Source: Eledone cirrhosa (lineage: Eukaryota). Taken from it: a stretch of 64,000 nt of DNA. Position 1 is the first letter of the stretch. Each line of letters opens with the position of its first letter. Of the stretch, positions 26,138 through 40,728 are shown in pieces. The notes under the pieces are model-generated. The model did not search any database, was not told where the DNA came from, and saw only the letters and a program-made list of their open reading frames with translations. The DNA is taken from NCBI GenBank assembly GCA_964016885.1, contig OZ024754.1, positions 40,052,001 through 40,116,000 of the forward strand. Direction: 5' to 3'. A program made the translations under genes and the position numbers.

Positions 26138-26527
26138 ACGTTTAACGTCCGTGTTCCACGCTTGCATGGGTTTGGACGGGGGTAGTCCCACTTGAGGCAA
26201 GAGTGATTGTCTTGCTCGCATAGGACTGTCTGGCAGGTTTTCTACAGTTGGATGCCCTTCCTAACACCAACTACATTTACAGTGTGGGTCTGGGAGGTTT
26301 TTACCGTGTTGCCTACACGGCCACATTACAGCGTGGACTGTGTGTTTTTTTGTTGTGACACCTACACGATCTCATTTGTTTCGGCCTCGATGGCGCGGCA
26401 CCAACATAACTTTACATAGAACGGGGTGGTGTGGATGGGGTGGGGGTGGTGGTGGTGGGACGGGGTGTATTTTGTTAGAGATGCCTGGAGTAGGTTTTAC
26501 TATATATTTAGGTATATATATATATAT

Positions 26528-26722
26528 AACGGAAGAGTTGTGGTAAGGAACCAGATGGACCATAACGCACCAGAGTACTCAATACTTAGGGTAGTAGAGT
26601 GGGTAATAGGAAAAGTTTAACCCCGACGGTAGAGCTCAAGCCGTTTCGACGGCTATTTCTGGGTCCTGAAATAGCCGTCGAAACGGCTTGAGCTCTACCG
26701 TCGGGGTTAAACTTTTTCCAAT
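26528..26722 (-). mobile_element. Family B fold-back element (variant)
   Basis: Same architecture in the opposite orientation; (TA)n flanks. Confidence 0.8.
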
Positions 26723-26815
26723 AAATATATATTATATATATATATATATATTGGCAAAGAATAAAAAAAAACAAGGAGTACAATTACGAACAGTGTTAGT
26801 ATTAAGGTTCACGCT

Positions 26816-26872
<57 letters not shown>

Positions 26873-27169
26873 TCATCATCATCACCGTTTTACGTCCGTT
26901 CTTCCACGCTAGCATGGGTTAGACGGGTTGTCCTGTTGTGGGCAGTGTCTGGTCGGCTGACCATGCCTTGCTCATACAGGAACTGATCTGGCTTGATTTC
27001 TACAGCTGGATGCCCTTCCTAACACCAACCTCATTTACAGTGAGTGCTGGGTGCTTTTTCGTGGCGCCTACACGTCCACTTTACAGTGTGGGCTGGGTGC
27101 TTTTTTGCCGTGGCACCTCCACGACCACCTTGCGGTGGGGGGAGTGGGGGCATATTGTTTATATGCTTC

Positions 27170-27400
27170 AGCATGTACCCATGGGAGGTCGGGTACCCTG
27201 TATTACTGCGTGACGCCAGAAGTCACGGTCGTGTGTCATTGACTTTGAGAGGTGTAGTTGGGTAAGGTCGGCTTTTATCACCTCATCCCAAGTCATCTTG
27301 GGTCTCCCCACTCCGCGGTTTCCATCAACTTCTAGTGCTCTGCACCTTTTTATGCAGCTGTCATCCTTCATACGCATCACATGTCCATACCAGCGTAACC
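27170..27400 (-). mobile_element. RTE LINE 3' fragment
   Basis: WYGHVMRMKDDSCIKRCRALEVDGNRGVGRPKMTWDEVIKADL. Confidence 0.85.
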
Positions 27401-27439
27401 AAGCTGGTTTGGTAGTCGGCTTCGTACATAACGGTTGGT

Positions 27440-27685
27440 CAATATTTTATGGTACGTCAAAATTATTTATAAAACTGCTTATATATTGTATTTTATCTGA
27501 CGAAGGCATGCCATATTTTTAATATGGTATCCCCGAAATATGTATAATGAAATAAATATGGTTTTATAAATATAGTTTCCATTTGTTTAATATCGTATAT
27601 CTACTCCAAAACTTGTCGAGTGCTTTATATCAGTTATAAAATATTTACTTGTTGTAACCCAACAATTTTATATAAAACTTTTGCA
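27440..27685 (+). mobile_element. PLE-like remnant, family D, ending in (AT)n
   Basis: Homologous to 48837-49292. Confidence 0.75.
27489..27554 (+). ncRNA. Type I hammerhead ribozyme
   Basis: Stem I tattttat/atgaaata, CTGACGA 27497-503, stem II atgccatatt/aatatggtat, GAAA 27535-38, stem III atatgtat, AUA cleavage after 27546. Confidence 0.8.
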
Positions 27686-27933
27686 TATATATATATATTG
27701 TCGTTACCACAGCAGAGGTCCGACGTGCTTTTGGTTTCAGAGTCAGGGCAGATCGATACAGATCGAATCTTGAGCTGATCAATAGTGAAATGTGTGTCAC
27801 CAATCAATAAATGTAACGAAGACAGCAAATCGTCCTTTTTATATTATATTTACACTGTTTAGTTCTACACCTCTTTACAGACGAGTGCTCACCTGGGTGA
27901 ACCTACAGTAACTCTACGTTACACTCCCTAAAT

Positions 27934-28038
<105 letters not shown>

Positions 28039-28901
28039 ATTGTAATTTTAACATCCTCTTTTCCCTGCTATCAAGGGTTGGACAATAGTACATAGACCAA
28101 GTCAGTACCATCACCAACACCACCACCACCACTGCCACAACAAACAACGCCACCAACACCACTGCCCCCCCCCCCCCCCCATCACCACAAACACCACCTC
28201 CACCACCACAAACAACATCACCATCGTAACATTTACCATGTCTGCTATTTTGGTAATGAAATAATCAACATAACAAGTACAATGATACATCAATGATGCT
28301 GATTATTGTTTACAAAAATGCAAAGGTCTCTAAACCCCACGGGATCTTTTAAGGACAGTTATCTACTTAGTTCATGTTACATGGTGTTAAGGAGCCGTTT
28401 AGATAAAATCCTTGTCGTCTCCTCTATAATAAACTTGTTTAACTCAGTATGGATTGTTTAACATCGGCTCAAAACCACAAATATATTAAATGAAATAAAA
28501 CCACAATTATATTAGACTATCTGAGGTAACCAGCTTCAACTGGGTAAACAGATGATAAGAGAAAACAACTGTATTGGATGTGTTGTCTGGTTTACAATAT
28601 GACGCGAGACCCGTGATGTGACAAAAGAAAAAATAAAGGGGGTAAAAAAATTTTTCAGAAACACCAGATTCTTGGTTTTGCCGTTCGTGCATAATATATG
28701 AAGATTTCTAGGGGTTTCCACTCATGAACAACCTACATATAACTGCCCGTAGGTAAAAAAAAACTAATTCCCTCATATTCAGTCCTACAACTTCGAGACT
28801 GACCCTGAGCTTTATTTATGGTCATAGCAAAACTGGCTCTAACAGGGAACTGAAGTCTTGAGAATTTGAATGGCAGCTCGGTAAAGGAAGGGGTGAGGGG
28901 A

Positions 28902-29150
28902 ATCATCATCATCATCATCATCATTTTACGTCCGCTTTTCCCTGCTTGCAAGGGTTGGACGGGTCCTATTCAGCACAGCATCTCTCCACCCGTCACGGTC
29001 CTTCGTCATCTCCTCCATGAGTTTCAGCGATCTGAGGTCAGCTCTCACCACCTCTGCCCATGTTTTTCGTGGTCTACCTCTACTGCGTCTTCCCTCCACT
29101 GGGACTTCCTGCCACTTCTTCACCCATCGGTCATCCTCCATGCGCATCAC
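28902..29150 (-). mobile_element. RTE LINE 3' end nested in the Helitron helicase
   Basis: MRMEDDRWVKKWQEVPVEGRRSRGRPRKTWAEVVRADL with a (tga)n tail. Confidence 0.9.
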
Positions 29151-29324
29151 ATCTTGGGAATAAATGCATTTTCTCCTTGCTGATTGCCTCCAAGAATAGT
29201 GACCTCTAGGAGATGGTTCATCTTCCTCGTCTGTATGAAGCAAGTGTCATTGACGAAGCAGGTCCATATTTCTTAAAAGGATGTTGGCAGTTCCAATCTT
29301 TTATATTATATAAATAGATATAAA

Positions 29325-29409
29325 GTGTGTGGTGTGTGTGTGTGGTGTGTGTGTGTGGTGTGTGTTTTGTGTTGTGTGGTATGTGTGTGGTGTGTGTTTT
29401 GTGTGGTGT

Positions 29410-29468
<59 letters not shown>

Positions 29469-30275
29469 TGTGTTTTGTGTGGTGTGGTGTGTGTTTTGTG
29501 TGGTGTGGTGTGTGTTTTGTGTGGTGTGTGTTTTGTGTGGTGTGGTGTGTGTTTTGTGTGGTGTGGTGTGGTATGTGTGTGGTGTGTGTTTTGTGTGGTG
29601 TGTGTTTTGTGTGGTGTGGTGTGGTGTGGTGTGGTGTGGTGTGGTGTGGTGTGGTGTGGTGTGGTGTGGTGTGGTGTGGTGTGGTGTGGTGTGGTGTGGT
29701 GTGGTGTGGTGTGGTGTGGTGTGGTGTGGTGTGGTGTGGTGTGGTGTGGTGTGGTGTGGTGGTGTGGTGTGGTGTGGTGTGGTGTGGTGTTTTGTGTGGT
29801 GTGTGTTTTGTGTGGTGTGTGTTTTGTGTGGTGTGTGTTTTGTGTGGTGTGGTGTGGTGTGGTGTGGTGTGGTGTGGTGTTTTGTGTGGTGTGTGTTTTG
29901 TGTGGTGTGTGTTTTGTCTGGTGTGTGTTTTGTGTGGTGTGTGTTTTGTGTGTTGTATGTGGTGTGTGTGGTGTGTGTGGTGTGTGTTGTGGTGTGTGTG
30001 TGGTGTGTGGTGTGTGGTGTGTGGTGTGTGTGGTGTGTGGTGTGTGGTGTGTGGTGTGTGTGGTGTGTGGTGTGTGGTGTGTGGTGTGTGTTTTGTGTGT
30101 TGTATGTGGTGTGTGTGTTGTATGTGGTGTGTGTGGTGTGTGTTGTGGTGTGTGTGTGGTGTGTGGTGTGTGGTGTGTGGTGTGTGTGGTGTGTGTGGTG
30201 TGTGGTGTGTGGTGTGTGTGTGTGCATGTGGTGTGTGTGGTGTGTGTGTGTGTGTGCATGTGGTGTGTGTGTGTA
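29325..30275. repeat. GT-rich compound microsatellite inside the Helitron
   Basis: (gtgtg)n and variants. Confidence 0.95.
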
Positions 30276-30659
30276 AACCAGCGTTCAAATCTACAGAGAC
30301 ACTGACCATGATACTTGAACATTGCTGACAACGCAGAGGCAATCCCTTATGGTTGTCTCCCAACCTGCTAGAAATAGCAGTCGGGTTGATTAGTATATCT
30401 GGAATGTTTTTCTTCTTTGATGTTATAAAATGAGTATCAACAAAGTTCCTGATTATAGCCTTATTCCATTGCTAGACTTGCTTTTCGATTATCAGTTTTC
30501 ATTTTTGTGTGATGTGCGAAAACCAACCAACCAATCAACCATTAAACATCTCTTTTATATTATATATAGATGAAATAAAACCTCAAATATATTCGATGAA
30601 ATAAAACCACAAATATATTGCTACTCTCTTATTAAACCTTTTCAATTCTACTCTAATCT

Positions 30660-31150
30660 CCCTTTTCAGAGAAAACCACCATTTGATGTTGAGGATTGTT
30701 CCCATCATTGCCCACTTAACTATTTCACTAATCTGGTCACTCTAAGTTTAGTACACCAGAAACAGTGAGTTGAGCTGCCGGTAACAAGGTCCCTACTTCG
30801 TATCCGAGCTAGATTGACCATAAGATCACAAATTTGTGGTCTGTGTAGTCACCTACTTTAAATTGTGGACAACTTGTGCTATTTCTATATACTACTCTCC
30901 AAAATAACCCTATCTAGATACGGTCTGGATGACCCAGTGCTTTTGACCACATTCACATTGGTAGATTTAGGAAATCCAGTCGGTATTTGTCAGACAGTTG
31001 GAAATGGCTAAGCAGGTTTTCAAGGCTTTTGCACCCTCCTCTCTGATCTGCTCACCTCACATGGTCCCAGAATGCATCCAAGATATCGTTCCAATCTCTC
31101 ATTAACACAAAAGAGTGGTGACATACCTAGGAAGGTCTCTTAATATCAGA
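30660..31150 (-). mobile_element. L1/Tx1-like AP-endonuclease relic
   Basis: FVLMRDWNDILDA...SLENLLSHFQLSDKYRLD...GSSRPYLDRV...YTDHKFV, with stops and frameshifts. Confidence 0.75.
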
Positions 31151-31545
31151 AGAAACCTGGTTGTGCCATTCCTGTCAGAGTGTTAAGGGACTAATAGTCT
31201 GAAGGCTGGTTATGTCCAACACAACTGACTTACCTTCTGGGTCCAGGAAGAGGGTCAGTATCAGGGGGGACAGAAGGGGAGAGGGAGAAGGGGGAGAAGG
31301 AGAGAGAGTGAGGGGGAGAAGGAGAGAGAGTGAGGGGGAGAATGAGAGAGTGAGGGGGAGGAGAGAGTGAGGGGGAGAGAGTAAGCAGAACCCTCCACCC
31401 CACCTTCCCTCCACTATAAAATTAAAAAGAATAACATAAAATGTACATTCCCACAACAACAACAACAACAACAACCTACTACATTCATCATCATCATCGT
31501 TGATATTGCTACCAGTAATGCACACATTCCCCCTCTCCAAATTAC

Positions 31546-33020
31546 AATACACACCCAGAGACACACACGCAGACACACAACACACACACAGACACACAAA
31601 CAGACACACAGACACACACAGGCACACATACACAGACACAGACACAGACACACAACACAGGCACACATACACACACAGGCACACAACAGACACACACACA
31701 CGACACACAACACACCACAGAGACACATACACACACGACACACACATAACAGACACACACATAACAGAGACACACACAACAGACAACAGACACACACACA
31801 CAACAGACACACACACATCCAACAGACAGACACACACACACACAACAGAGATAGACAGACACACACACACAACAGAGATAGACAGACACACACACACAAC
31901 AGAGATAGACAGACACACACACACACAACAGAGATACACACACACACAGTTGTGGTGGCGTGATGGACAACACAAACATCTGCCAAATCTTAATTCAATA
32001 TTATTTATAACTAGTTTTCAGTTCCAACAGAAACTGACACTACCAAACCCATGTAACAACACCAACAACAGCACAACCAACAACAACAAAATCATCAAAC
32101 ACAACCAACAACAGCACCAACACCACCACAACCAACACCAACTCAACAACCAACACCAACACCACCACAACCAACACCAACTCAACAACCAACACCAACA
32201 CCAACACCACCAACTCAACAACCAACACCACCACCACTACCACCACCACCAATACCACCACCACAACCAATACCACAACAACCAACACTACCAACAACAC
32301 CAACACCAACAAACAACCACCGACACCACCAAACAATCACCAACACCACCAACAACACCAACAACAACCAACACAACCACCAACAGACAACCACCAACAC
32401 CAACACAACCACCAACACCAACACAACCACCAACACCACCAAACAACCACCAACAACACCAACACAACCACCAACAACACAACAACCACCAACACCACCA
32501 AACAACCACCAACACCACCAACAAAACAACCAACACAACCACCAACACCACCACCAAACAACCACCAACATCACCAACAACACAACAACCAACACCACCA
32601 AACAACCACCAACACCACCAAACAACCACCAACAACCACCAACACAACAACCAACACAACCACCAACACCACCAACACAACAACCAACACCACCAACACA
32701 ACAACCAACACCACCAAACAACCACCAACACCACCAAACAACCACCAACAACCACCAACACAACAACCAACACAACCACCAACACCACCAACACAACAAC
32801 CAACACCACCAACACAACAACCAACACCACCAACACAACAACCAACACCACCAAACAACCACCAACACCACCAAACAACCACCAACAACCACCAACACAA
32901 CAACCAACACAACCACCAACACCACCAACACAACAACCAACACCACCAACACAACAACCAACACCACCAACACAACAACCAACACCACAACCACAAACAC
33001 CACCAACCAACACAATCACC
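31546..33020. repeat. CA/CAA-rich simple repeats
   Basis: Direct inspection. Confidence 0.95.
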
Positions 33021-34350
33021 AGGCATAATTTACAATTTCTTAAATTGGATACCATAAGAATTCTCTCAAACATTTTTTCAGTGTGTAAATATAGATGTCT
33101 ATGGAAGCAAATAAATGTCTACTCAGGGATTTATACATAACCTTAGCTATTGAGTACGCTGGGATACAACTGATACTAGCAGAGAAACCTTATGCTAGTC
33201 ACTTTAACCTCATATATGTGTGTGTTAAGTATTCCCTAGCAATGGTAAAGAAAACAAGGGTGCTTTATGTACCGAAGTATTCCCCAGAAATGGTAAAGGA
33301 AAGAAGAGTGATTTATGTATCGTACAGAGATATTTAATTACATAATAAACAACACAATATAATTAATCCATTACAAAAGGTTTCAAGAAACTAGACGATC
33401 CTTACAGAAACGTCCAACCAGTTCGTCTGATGAAATAGTTATGTTTATTATGTAATGTAAATATAATTATATACATATACATGAAAAAGGGGGAAAAGGG
33501 GGGGGGGAATACAGTCCACACTGTAATGTGGTCGTGTAGGTAACTTGGTAAAAAGCTCCCAGTCCACACTGTAAATGTGGTTGGTGTAAGGAAGGGCATC
33601 CAGCCGTAGAAAACCTGCCAGATACAGTCCTATATGAGCGAGACACGGTCAGATGACCAATCTTGCCTTAAATGGGACAATTCCCATCTAACCCATGCTA
33701 GCTTGGAAGGCAGACGTTAAACAATGATGATGATGATGATATATATACAGGGTGAAAATAAAATCTTTCCCTGAATATAAAATACCATATCTCAGATACT
33801 ATTTAAGATTTTACTTTTTCATTGTTTTAATTTATTTTTTAAAAAAAAGCAACAAAAAAAACAAACAAACAAACAATTGTTGGCCTTATGCCTAAATGAG
33901 AAACCATTATATATTTGTGTACCAGTAACAGTTCATATCACCTTTTTCTGAAAAACTGCTCTGCTTCAAATAACATTACACAGGATTCTCTATGGAGTTT
34001 GTAGAAACACTAATATATTTTTATATTTTTCATATTTCCTCTACAACAACTTTATATTTAACCCATCAATGTTGTAATTTGAATCTTAAATATATTAAAT
34101 ATGCTATTACTTCCTAAATATTTCTTTATGAAACCAGCCATCATCAACAGTGGTCATGTAGGTGTCATGACAAAACTCACCCAGTCCACACTGTAAGATG
34201 GTCACCATCAACTTCGACCGCTCTGAACCTTTTTATACAGCTGCCATCATTCATACGCACCATATATCTGTATGTACCAACGCAATACCCCTTATAACTA
34301 ATTTCTCACGTAGAACATTTATGCTTTGCCGTTCATGTATATTGCTATTG

Positions 34351-34365
34351 TACACACACACACGC

Positions 34366-34408
<43 letters not shown>

Positions 34409-34621
34409 CACACACACATACACACACATATATATATACACACACATACACATATATATATACACACACACACACACATATATACACACACACACACACA
34501 TATATACACACACACACACACATATATATACACACACACACACATATATATACACACACACACACACATATATACACACACACACATATATACACACACA
34601 CACACACACACATACACACAC

Positions 34622-34656
<35 letters not shown>

Positions 34657-34919
34657 CATACACACACACATATATACATACACACACACACATATATATA
34701 CATACACACATATATAAATACACACACATATATATACATACACACATATATATATACATACATACACACATATATATACATACATACACACATATATATA
34801 TATACACACACACATATATATATACACACACACATACATATATACATACACACATATATACATACACACACATATATATATACACACACACATATATATA
34901 TATACACACACACATATAT

Positions 34920-34954
<35 letters not shown>

Positions 34955-35212
34955 CACACACACACATATATATACACACACACATACATATATATATACA
35001 CAGTATATTAGGGAGAGGATCAGGGGTGTATAACACTCCACTTATCCAACAGGCAGTATAAGGTTAGCTCGATGTCTGAGGACAGAGCCGTGATATAATC
35101 AATAACAAATATATATATATATACACACACACACATATATATATATATACACACACATACATATATATATACACACACACACATATATATACACACACAC
35201 ATATATGTATAT

Positions 35213-35259
<47 letters not shown>

Positions 35260-36000
35260 TATATATACACACACACACATATATATATACACACACACAC
35301 ATATATACACACACACACACACACATATACACATACATATATACACACACATATACACATACATATATACACATACATATATTTATATATTCCGTTTCTT
35401 ATCATTTTGTATATATATATATATTAACCCGTTTGATACCAAACCAGCTGAAATTACTCAGGATTCTATGATATAAAGTTGTTTATTTCAAAGTGTTTAT
35501 ATTATCTAAAAAAAAACTTAATCATATTTTTAACTAATAACCTTTTAACCTTTAAGCCGTGTTCCTTCTAGGTCAGTATACTACTTAGTTAAACTAATTG
35601 GATCATTTCCTTAATTAGATAAAATGAATGAAATTCTATACTCTAGGTGCAAATACAAAACTACACAGACACATGCACAACACAACACAACACAACACAC
35701 ATATACAACACACATATACATACACAACACACATACATACATACAGACAGATGCATAACACACATACATACACAACACACACATACATACACAACACACA
35801 TACATACACAACACACAGACAGATGCATAACACACATACATACATACAGACACAACACACACATACATACACAACACACACACACAACATACATACATAC
35901 ATACATACATACAGACACAACACATATACATACACAACACACACACATACACAACACACACATACATACAGACACAACACACACATACACAACACACACA
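34351..36000. repeat. TA/CA compound microsatellites
   Basis: Direct inspection. Confidence 0.9.
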
Positions 36001-36395
36001 TGAGAGAGTGTGTCCTTTTACATCTGCATGGGCACCTAAAACCAGGTGAATGCTACCAAGTCATATTCAATTGTGAGTGAGGGCTGTAGATTACATAGTT
36101 TCAGCAAATATGTGATAAAAGGTGTTCTAGCCATGTCTATCACCCTTTTTTTTAGGAACATCCTTTCTTATTCCTGGGGTGTGATTTTAGGGAGAATTGG
36201 CTGCTGTTTCTAGCAACCATATAGAAGCTTGTTAGTTCAAATGACAAGCAGGAAGCTGAACAGAAGCCAAGAAATTACTGACTTCCACTCTCCCTTCCCC
36301 TATCTCAGTAAAATGACTTGACATTCCACACACACATGTATGCATGCACACACGTACACACAAACAACCTCATAAACACACACAAGCACCTTCAT

Positions 36396-36435
<40 letters not shown>

Positions 36436-36605
36436 CCAGACATAGCTTCCTTGAGACGAAGGATGTGCCAAAACAGAAATATTTAAAATAAGAAAACAAA
36501 AACAAAAATAAAAGATAGTAAAAATAGATAAAAAGAAATAAGCACCAGAGAGGAGGATAGCTGGTGCCTTAGCAGCTAAAATGGAGGAGTGTGGGAGAAG
36601 TTTAA

Positions 36606-37012
36606 ACCTTTAGAATTTAACCCTTTAGTATTTACATTACTCTCGTATTTTCATGGTAAAGGCTTTACCTCACATAATAACGAATGTGAGATTTTGATAT
36701 TACTAATTTTGAGAACAATACATTAACATAAGTATGAGTGGCTGGTTACAGCAGGTTTGAACAGAAAGAGGTGAGAGAATTCTGTCCAGATACGGCCGGT
36801 TTAAATGCTAAAGGGTTAAACTGGCCATATCTGGTCAGAATTCTCTCACCTCTTTCTGTTCAAACTGACCATAACTGGCCACTCATACTGATGTTAAGAT
36901 ATTGTTCTCAAAATAAATAACATCAAAATCTCGTAGATTCGATATTATGTGAGATAAAGTCTTTACCACAAAAGTACAATAGTTTATATAGAGTAATGTA
37001 AATATTAATGGG
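36606..37012. mobile_element. TTAA MITE (36621-36815) nested in opposite orientation in the end of another copy
   Basis: TTAA duplicated at 36617-20 and 36816-19. Confidence 0.85.
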
Positions 37013-37595
37013 TTAATGTAGTTGGTAGATATGAAGAGGAAATTAGAAGGAAAAAAAATAGCTTTGAAATTATCTCCTCTGCATCAGTTGTTAGCTGCCA
37101 AGACTGCGCATCCTTTAAAACCTCCACGCTTCCTGAAATTCGCCAACACTACACCCGATATCCCCCCCTCCATACACACGCACACCTGTATATCATGACT
37201 CATACACCGTTTACTTTCCTGACATTTGTACATTATTCTATGTACTATACATGCACCTTTGATGAGTTGTAGTGCACCTGAGCATTGTACACAATTATAT
37301 ATATATATTGGGTATGAAATTTGTAGAAATTTGTTTTTTGTTTCTACAAATTTCATACTTGCGACCCAATATATATATATTATGACCCTTTACGTTCTGA
37401 GTTTAAATCCCGCCGAGGTTAACTTTGCTTTTCATCCTTACGGGGTCGATAAAATAAAGTACCAGTAATACACTGGATAATTGCTGGCCTTGTGCCAAAA
37501 GTAGAAACAATTTTATATATATATATATATACAGATTTAGTTGTCGAAACAGCCAGAGCTCAGCCGTCGGGGGCCTGAATTTTTTTCATATATAT

Positions 37596-37775
37596 GAAAG
37601 CTTCTACAGGACCAGAACTGTTTCATTCGTGAGAAATCATCAGGAAGCTCCTGATGATTTCTCACGAATGAAACAGTTCTAGTCCTGTAGAAGCTTTTCT
37701 ATATTAAATATTTATACTCTGCTATGTATCGAGTACCTTACTTGCTGTGGTTACTCCCTTATTGAACCAGGGATA

Positions 37776-37779
<4 letters not shown>
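37596..37779. mobile_element. Family A fold-back element with two back-to-back hammerheads
   Basis: Minus-strand HHR 37599-37649 and plus-strand HHR 37645-37696; a family B fragment is adjacent at about 37533-37587. Confidence 0.85.
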
Positions 37780-37834
<55 letters not shown>

Positions 37835-38419
37835 TTTCTGAATTTGTTTAGCAAGATTCTTTATCTGAAAACGTGTGTTGAAACCGATATTGTTATACTT
37901 TGGGAGGGTCATGTTGCCAATAAGAAACACACGCACCAGTTGGCATAAATCCAGGCTGTTCAGTTTGTTGACAAACGAACAAAGCGGCGTTATAATAAGC
38001 GTCCGCTAAACTGATGCGTGCATATATGTATGTGTACCTGTATGTATATATATATATATATATATATATGCATGCTACTGTACGTCTGTATACATATATG
38101 TATGTACGTATACATACATACTTACATACATACTTACATATATATATATATATATATATACACTCTATTATGTGATATTTACATCTCTATCATACACACA
38201 TATGTATATATTGTCGGATTTATTAGAATTTATTGATCAATAAGTTCCAGACCAGTACTAGGTCTGTTTATTTACCCTCTCCTCCCTTCACTTTGTAAGA
38301 AATTGGGTGTGTTCAGACATGGAGAGGGATGGGGTCTGCCTGGGTTAAATGTCTGACTCAATCATGAGTTCAGGATGTTATATATATACACACATATATA
38401 TAGATAGATATATAGGTGA

Positions 38420-38513
38420 GGGGGGAGGGGGGAGGGGGGAGGGGGGAGGGAGGGGGGAGAGAGATGGGGAGAGGGAGGGGGGGGGGGAGAGATGGGGAGA
38501 GAGAGATAGAAAG

Positions 38514-38549
<36 letters not shown>

Positions 38550-40130
38550 GGAGAGAGAGAGAGGGAGAGAGAGAGCGAGAGCGAGATGGGGAGAGAGAGC
38601 GGGAGAGAGAGCGAGAGAGAGAGAGAGAGCGAGAGAGAGAGGGGATGTTAGTAGGAAGGAAGACGGGGGGGAAGATGAAGACAGAGATGGGGGAGCTAGT
38701 GAATAGTAGTAGTAGTACTAGTAGTAGTAGTAATAGTCGTAATAGTAGCCGTAGTAGTAGCAATAGTAGTAGCAGTAGCAATAGTAGCAGTAGTAGTAAT
38801 AATAGTAATAGTAGTAGTAGTGGCAGTGGCAGTAGTAGTAGTAGTAGTAGTAGTGGTCGTAGTAGTAGTAGCAGTAGTAGTAGTAGTAGCAGTAGTTTAG
38901 TCACCCTTGGTGGTCAGCTCTTATCAAACAATCCTAAAATTATAATGAAAACCATTCCATCCGTGACTATCTCGTTTTTTTGTTTTGGGTTTGCTCTGTT
39001 CTCAGAAACGATGTACCTAGGAGTACACTTTCTAATGTGTCTGTCTTTAAAAAAGCAACAGGCTGTTATTTCTAGTAGGTCAAGCTACCACTTAGAGGTT
39101 CTCTCGTTTGCTTGGACGAGATGGGTTTGAGTGGTGTTATTGGTGGTGATGGTGGTGGTGGTGGTGGTAGTGGTGGTGGTGGTGGTAGTGGTGGTGGTGG
39201 TGGTGGTGGTAGTGGTGGTGGTGGTAGTGATGGTGGTGGTGGTGGTGGTGGTGGTGGTGGTGGTAGTGGTGGTGATGGTAGTGATGGTGGTGGTGGTGGT
39301 GGTGGTAGTGGTGGTGGTGGTGGTGGTGGTGGTGGTAGTGGTGGTGGTGGTGGTGGTGGTAGTGGTGGTGGTGATGGTGGTGGTAGTGGTGGTGGTGGTG
39401 ATGGTGGTGGTGGTGGTGGTGATAGTGGTGGTGGTGGTGATAATGGTGGAGGTGGCGATAATGATGGTGGTGGTGATAGTGGTGGTGGTGGTGGTGATGG
39501 AGGTGATGGTGGAAGTGGTGGAAGTGGTGGTGATAGTGGTGGAAGTGGTGGTGATAGTGGTGATGGTGGTGATAGTGGTGGTGTTGCTAATGGTAGAGGT
39601 GGTGGTGATAGTGGTGGTAGTGGTAGTAGTATTGGTGGATATGGTGGTGGTGGTGGTGGTGGTAATGGTGATGGTGGTGATGGTGGTGATGGTGGTCTCT
39701 GAAGACCTCTGCTGTCCAGCTCTCCTGGGTATTTCTTAATTAATAATTTTGGTGGTGGTGGTGGTGATGGTATTGGTGGTAGTGGTGGTGGTGGTGGTGA
39801 TGGTGGTGACGGTGATGGTAGTGGTGGTGATGGTGTTGGTGATGACGGTGATAGTGGTGGTGGTGGTGGTTGTGGTGGTGGTGGTGAGTGATGGAGCAGT
39901 GGGTGTAGTAGTAAATGATGTGGTTGTGGTGTGGTGTCCAGTCATATGAAGGAGGGGAGGAGAGGTCGATTGTTGAGGAAAAGGAGAAAGAGGGGGTGGG
40001 ATAAAGGAGAAAGGAGAGTAGGTTGTGTATGTGAGGAGACAGAGAGAGGGAGAGACAGAGACACAGAGAGAGAGACAGAGACAGAGAGAGAGAGAGACAG
40101 ACAGACAGAGAGACACAGAGAGAGAGAGAG
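38420..40130. repeat. GA, AGT and GGT simple-repeat blocks
   Basis: Direct inspection. Confidence 0.9.
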
Positions 40131-40258
40131 TTTGACCTATTGAACCAGAACTGATAGGTGAAGGACAGCAGGTATGGTGACACTGGAGAGAAGGAAGTTG
40201 ACAGTTGAATAAATAAATATGACCCGCCTCCTCGGGGTCACAGACCTTCTCGAAATAC

Positions 40259-40520
40259 TTTTAATGGTCAACACTTGTATATATTGGGGACAGGGTCAAC
40301 TAACTAACGAACAAAGAAATCCTGGACCAACAACAGAAGCCTCTAAACGGTCACTCGACCTGCTAGAAAGAGTAACCATGTGATCCAAATTCTTTTAGTG
40401 GTCAACACTTGTCTATATTGGGGACAGGGTCAACTAACGAAACAACAAAAAAGTCCTGGATTAACAACAGAAGCCTCTAAACGGTCACTCGACCTGCTAG
40501 AAAGAATAACCTTGTGATCC
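40259..40520. repeat. About 135-bp direct duplication
   Basis: tggtcaacacttgt.tatattggggacagggtcaactaac...ggtcactcgacctgctagaaaga occurs twice. Confidence 0.9.
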
Positions 40521-40542
40521 TTCAAATGAAAACAAAAGAAAA

Positions 40543-40728
40543 TAATTGTTTCTATTTTAGGCACAAGGCCAGCAATTACCCAGTACATTACTGGTACTTT
40601 ATCGACCCCGTAAGGATGAAAGGCAAAGTTAACCTCGGCGGGATTTGAACTCAGATCATAAAGGGACGTAACTCTATGCGTCAAAGCATGGCGTCCGACC
40701 CTCTACCGATACTGCCAATCCACCGCCC
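40543..40728 (-). mobile_element. SINE, family 1 (other copies: 37385-37511, 44788-44960, 49554-49738, 51354-51477, 51943-52060, 53021-53240)
   Basis: Homology and A/B boxes. Confidence 0.9.

Larger units (their letters stand above)
28517..30570 (-). mobile_element. Internally deleted Helitron with a PIF1-type helicase relic (28640-29310)
   Basis: 5' TC at 30570; 3' hairpin ccagtt-gaa-gctgg plus a degenerate CTAG (ATAG) at 28517; A|T target; GENAFIPKI / PLTPSFTELPFKFSRLQFPVRASFAMTINKAQGQS. Confidence 0.85.
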
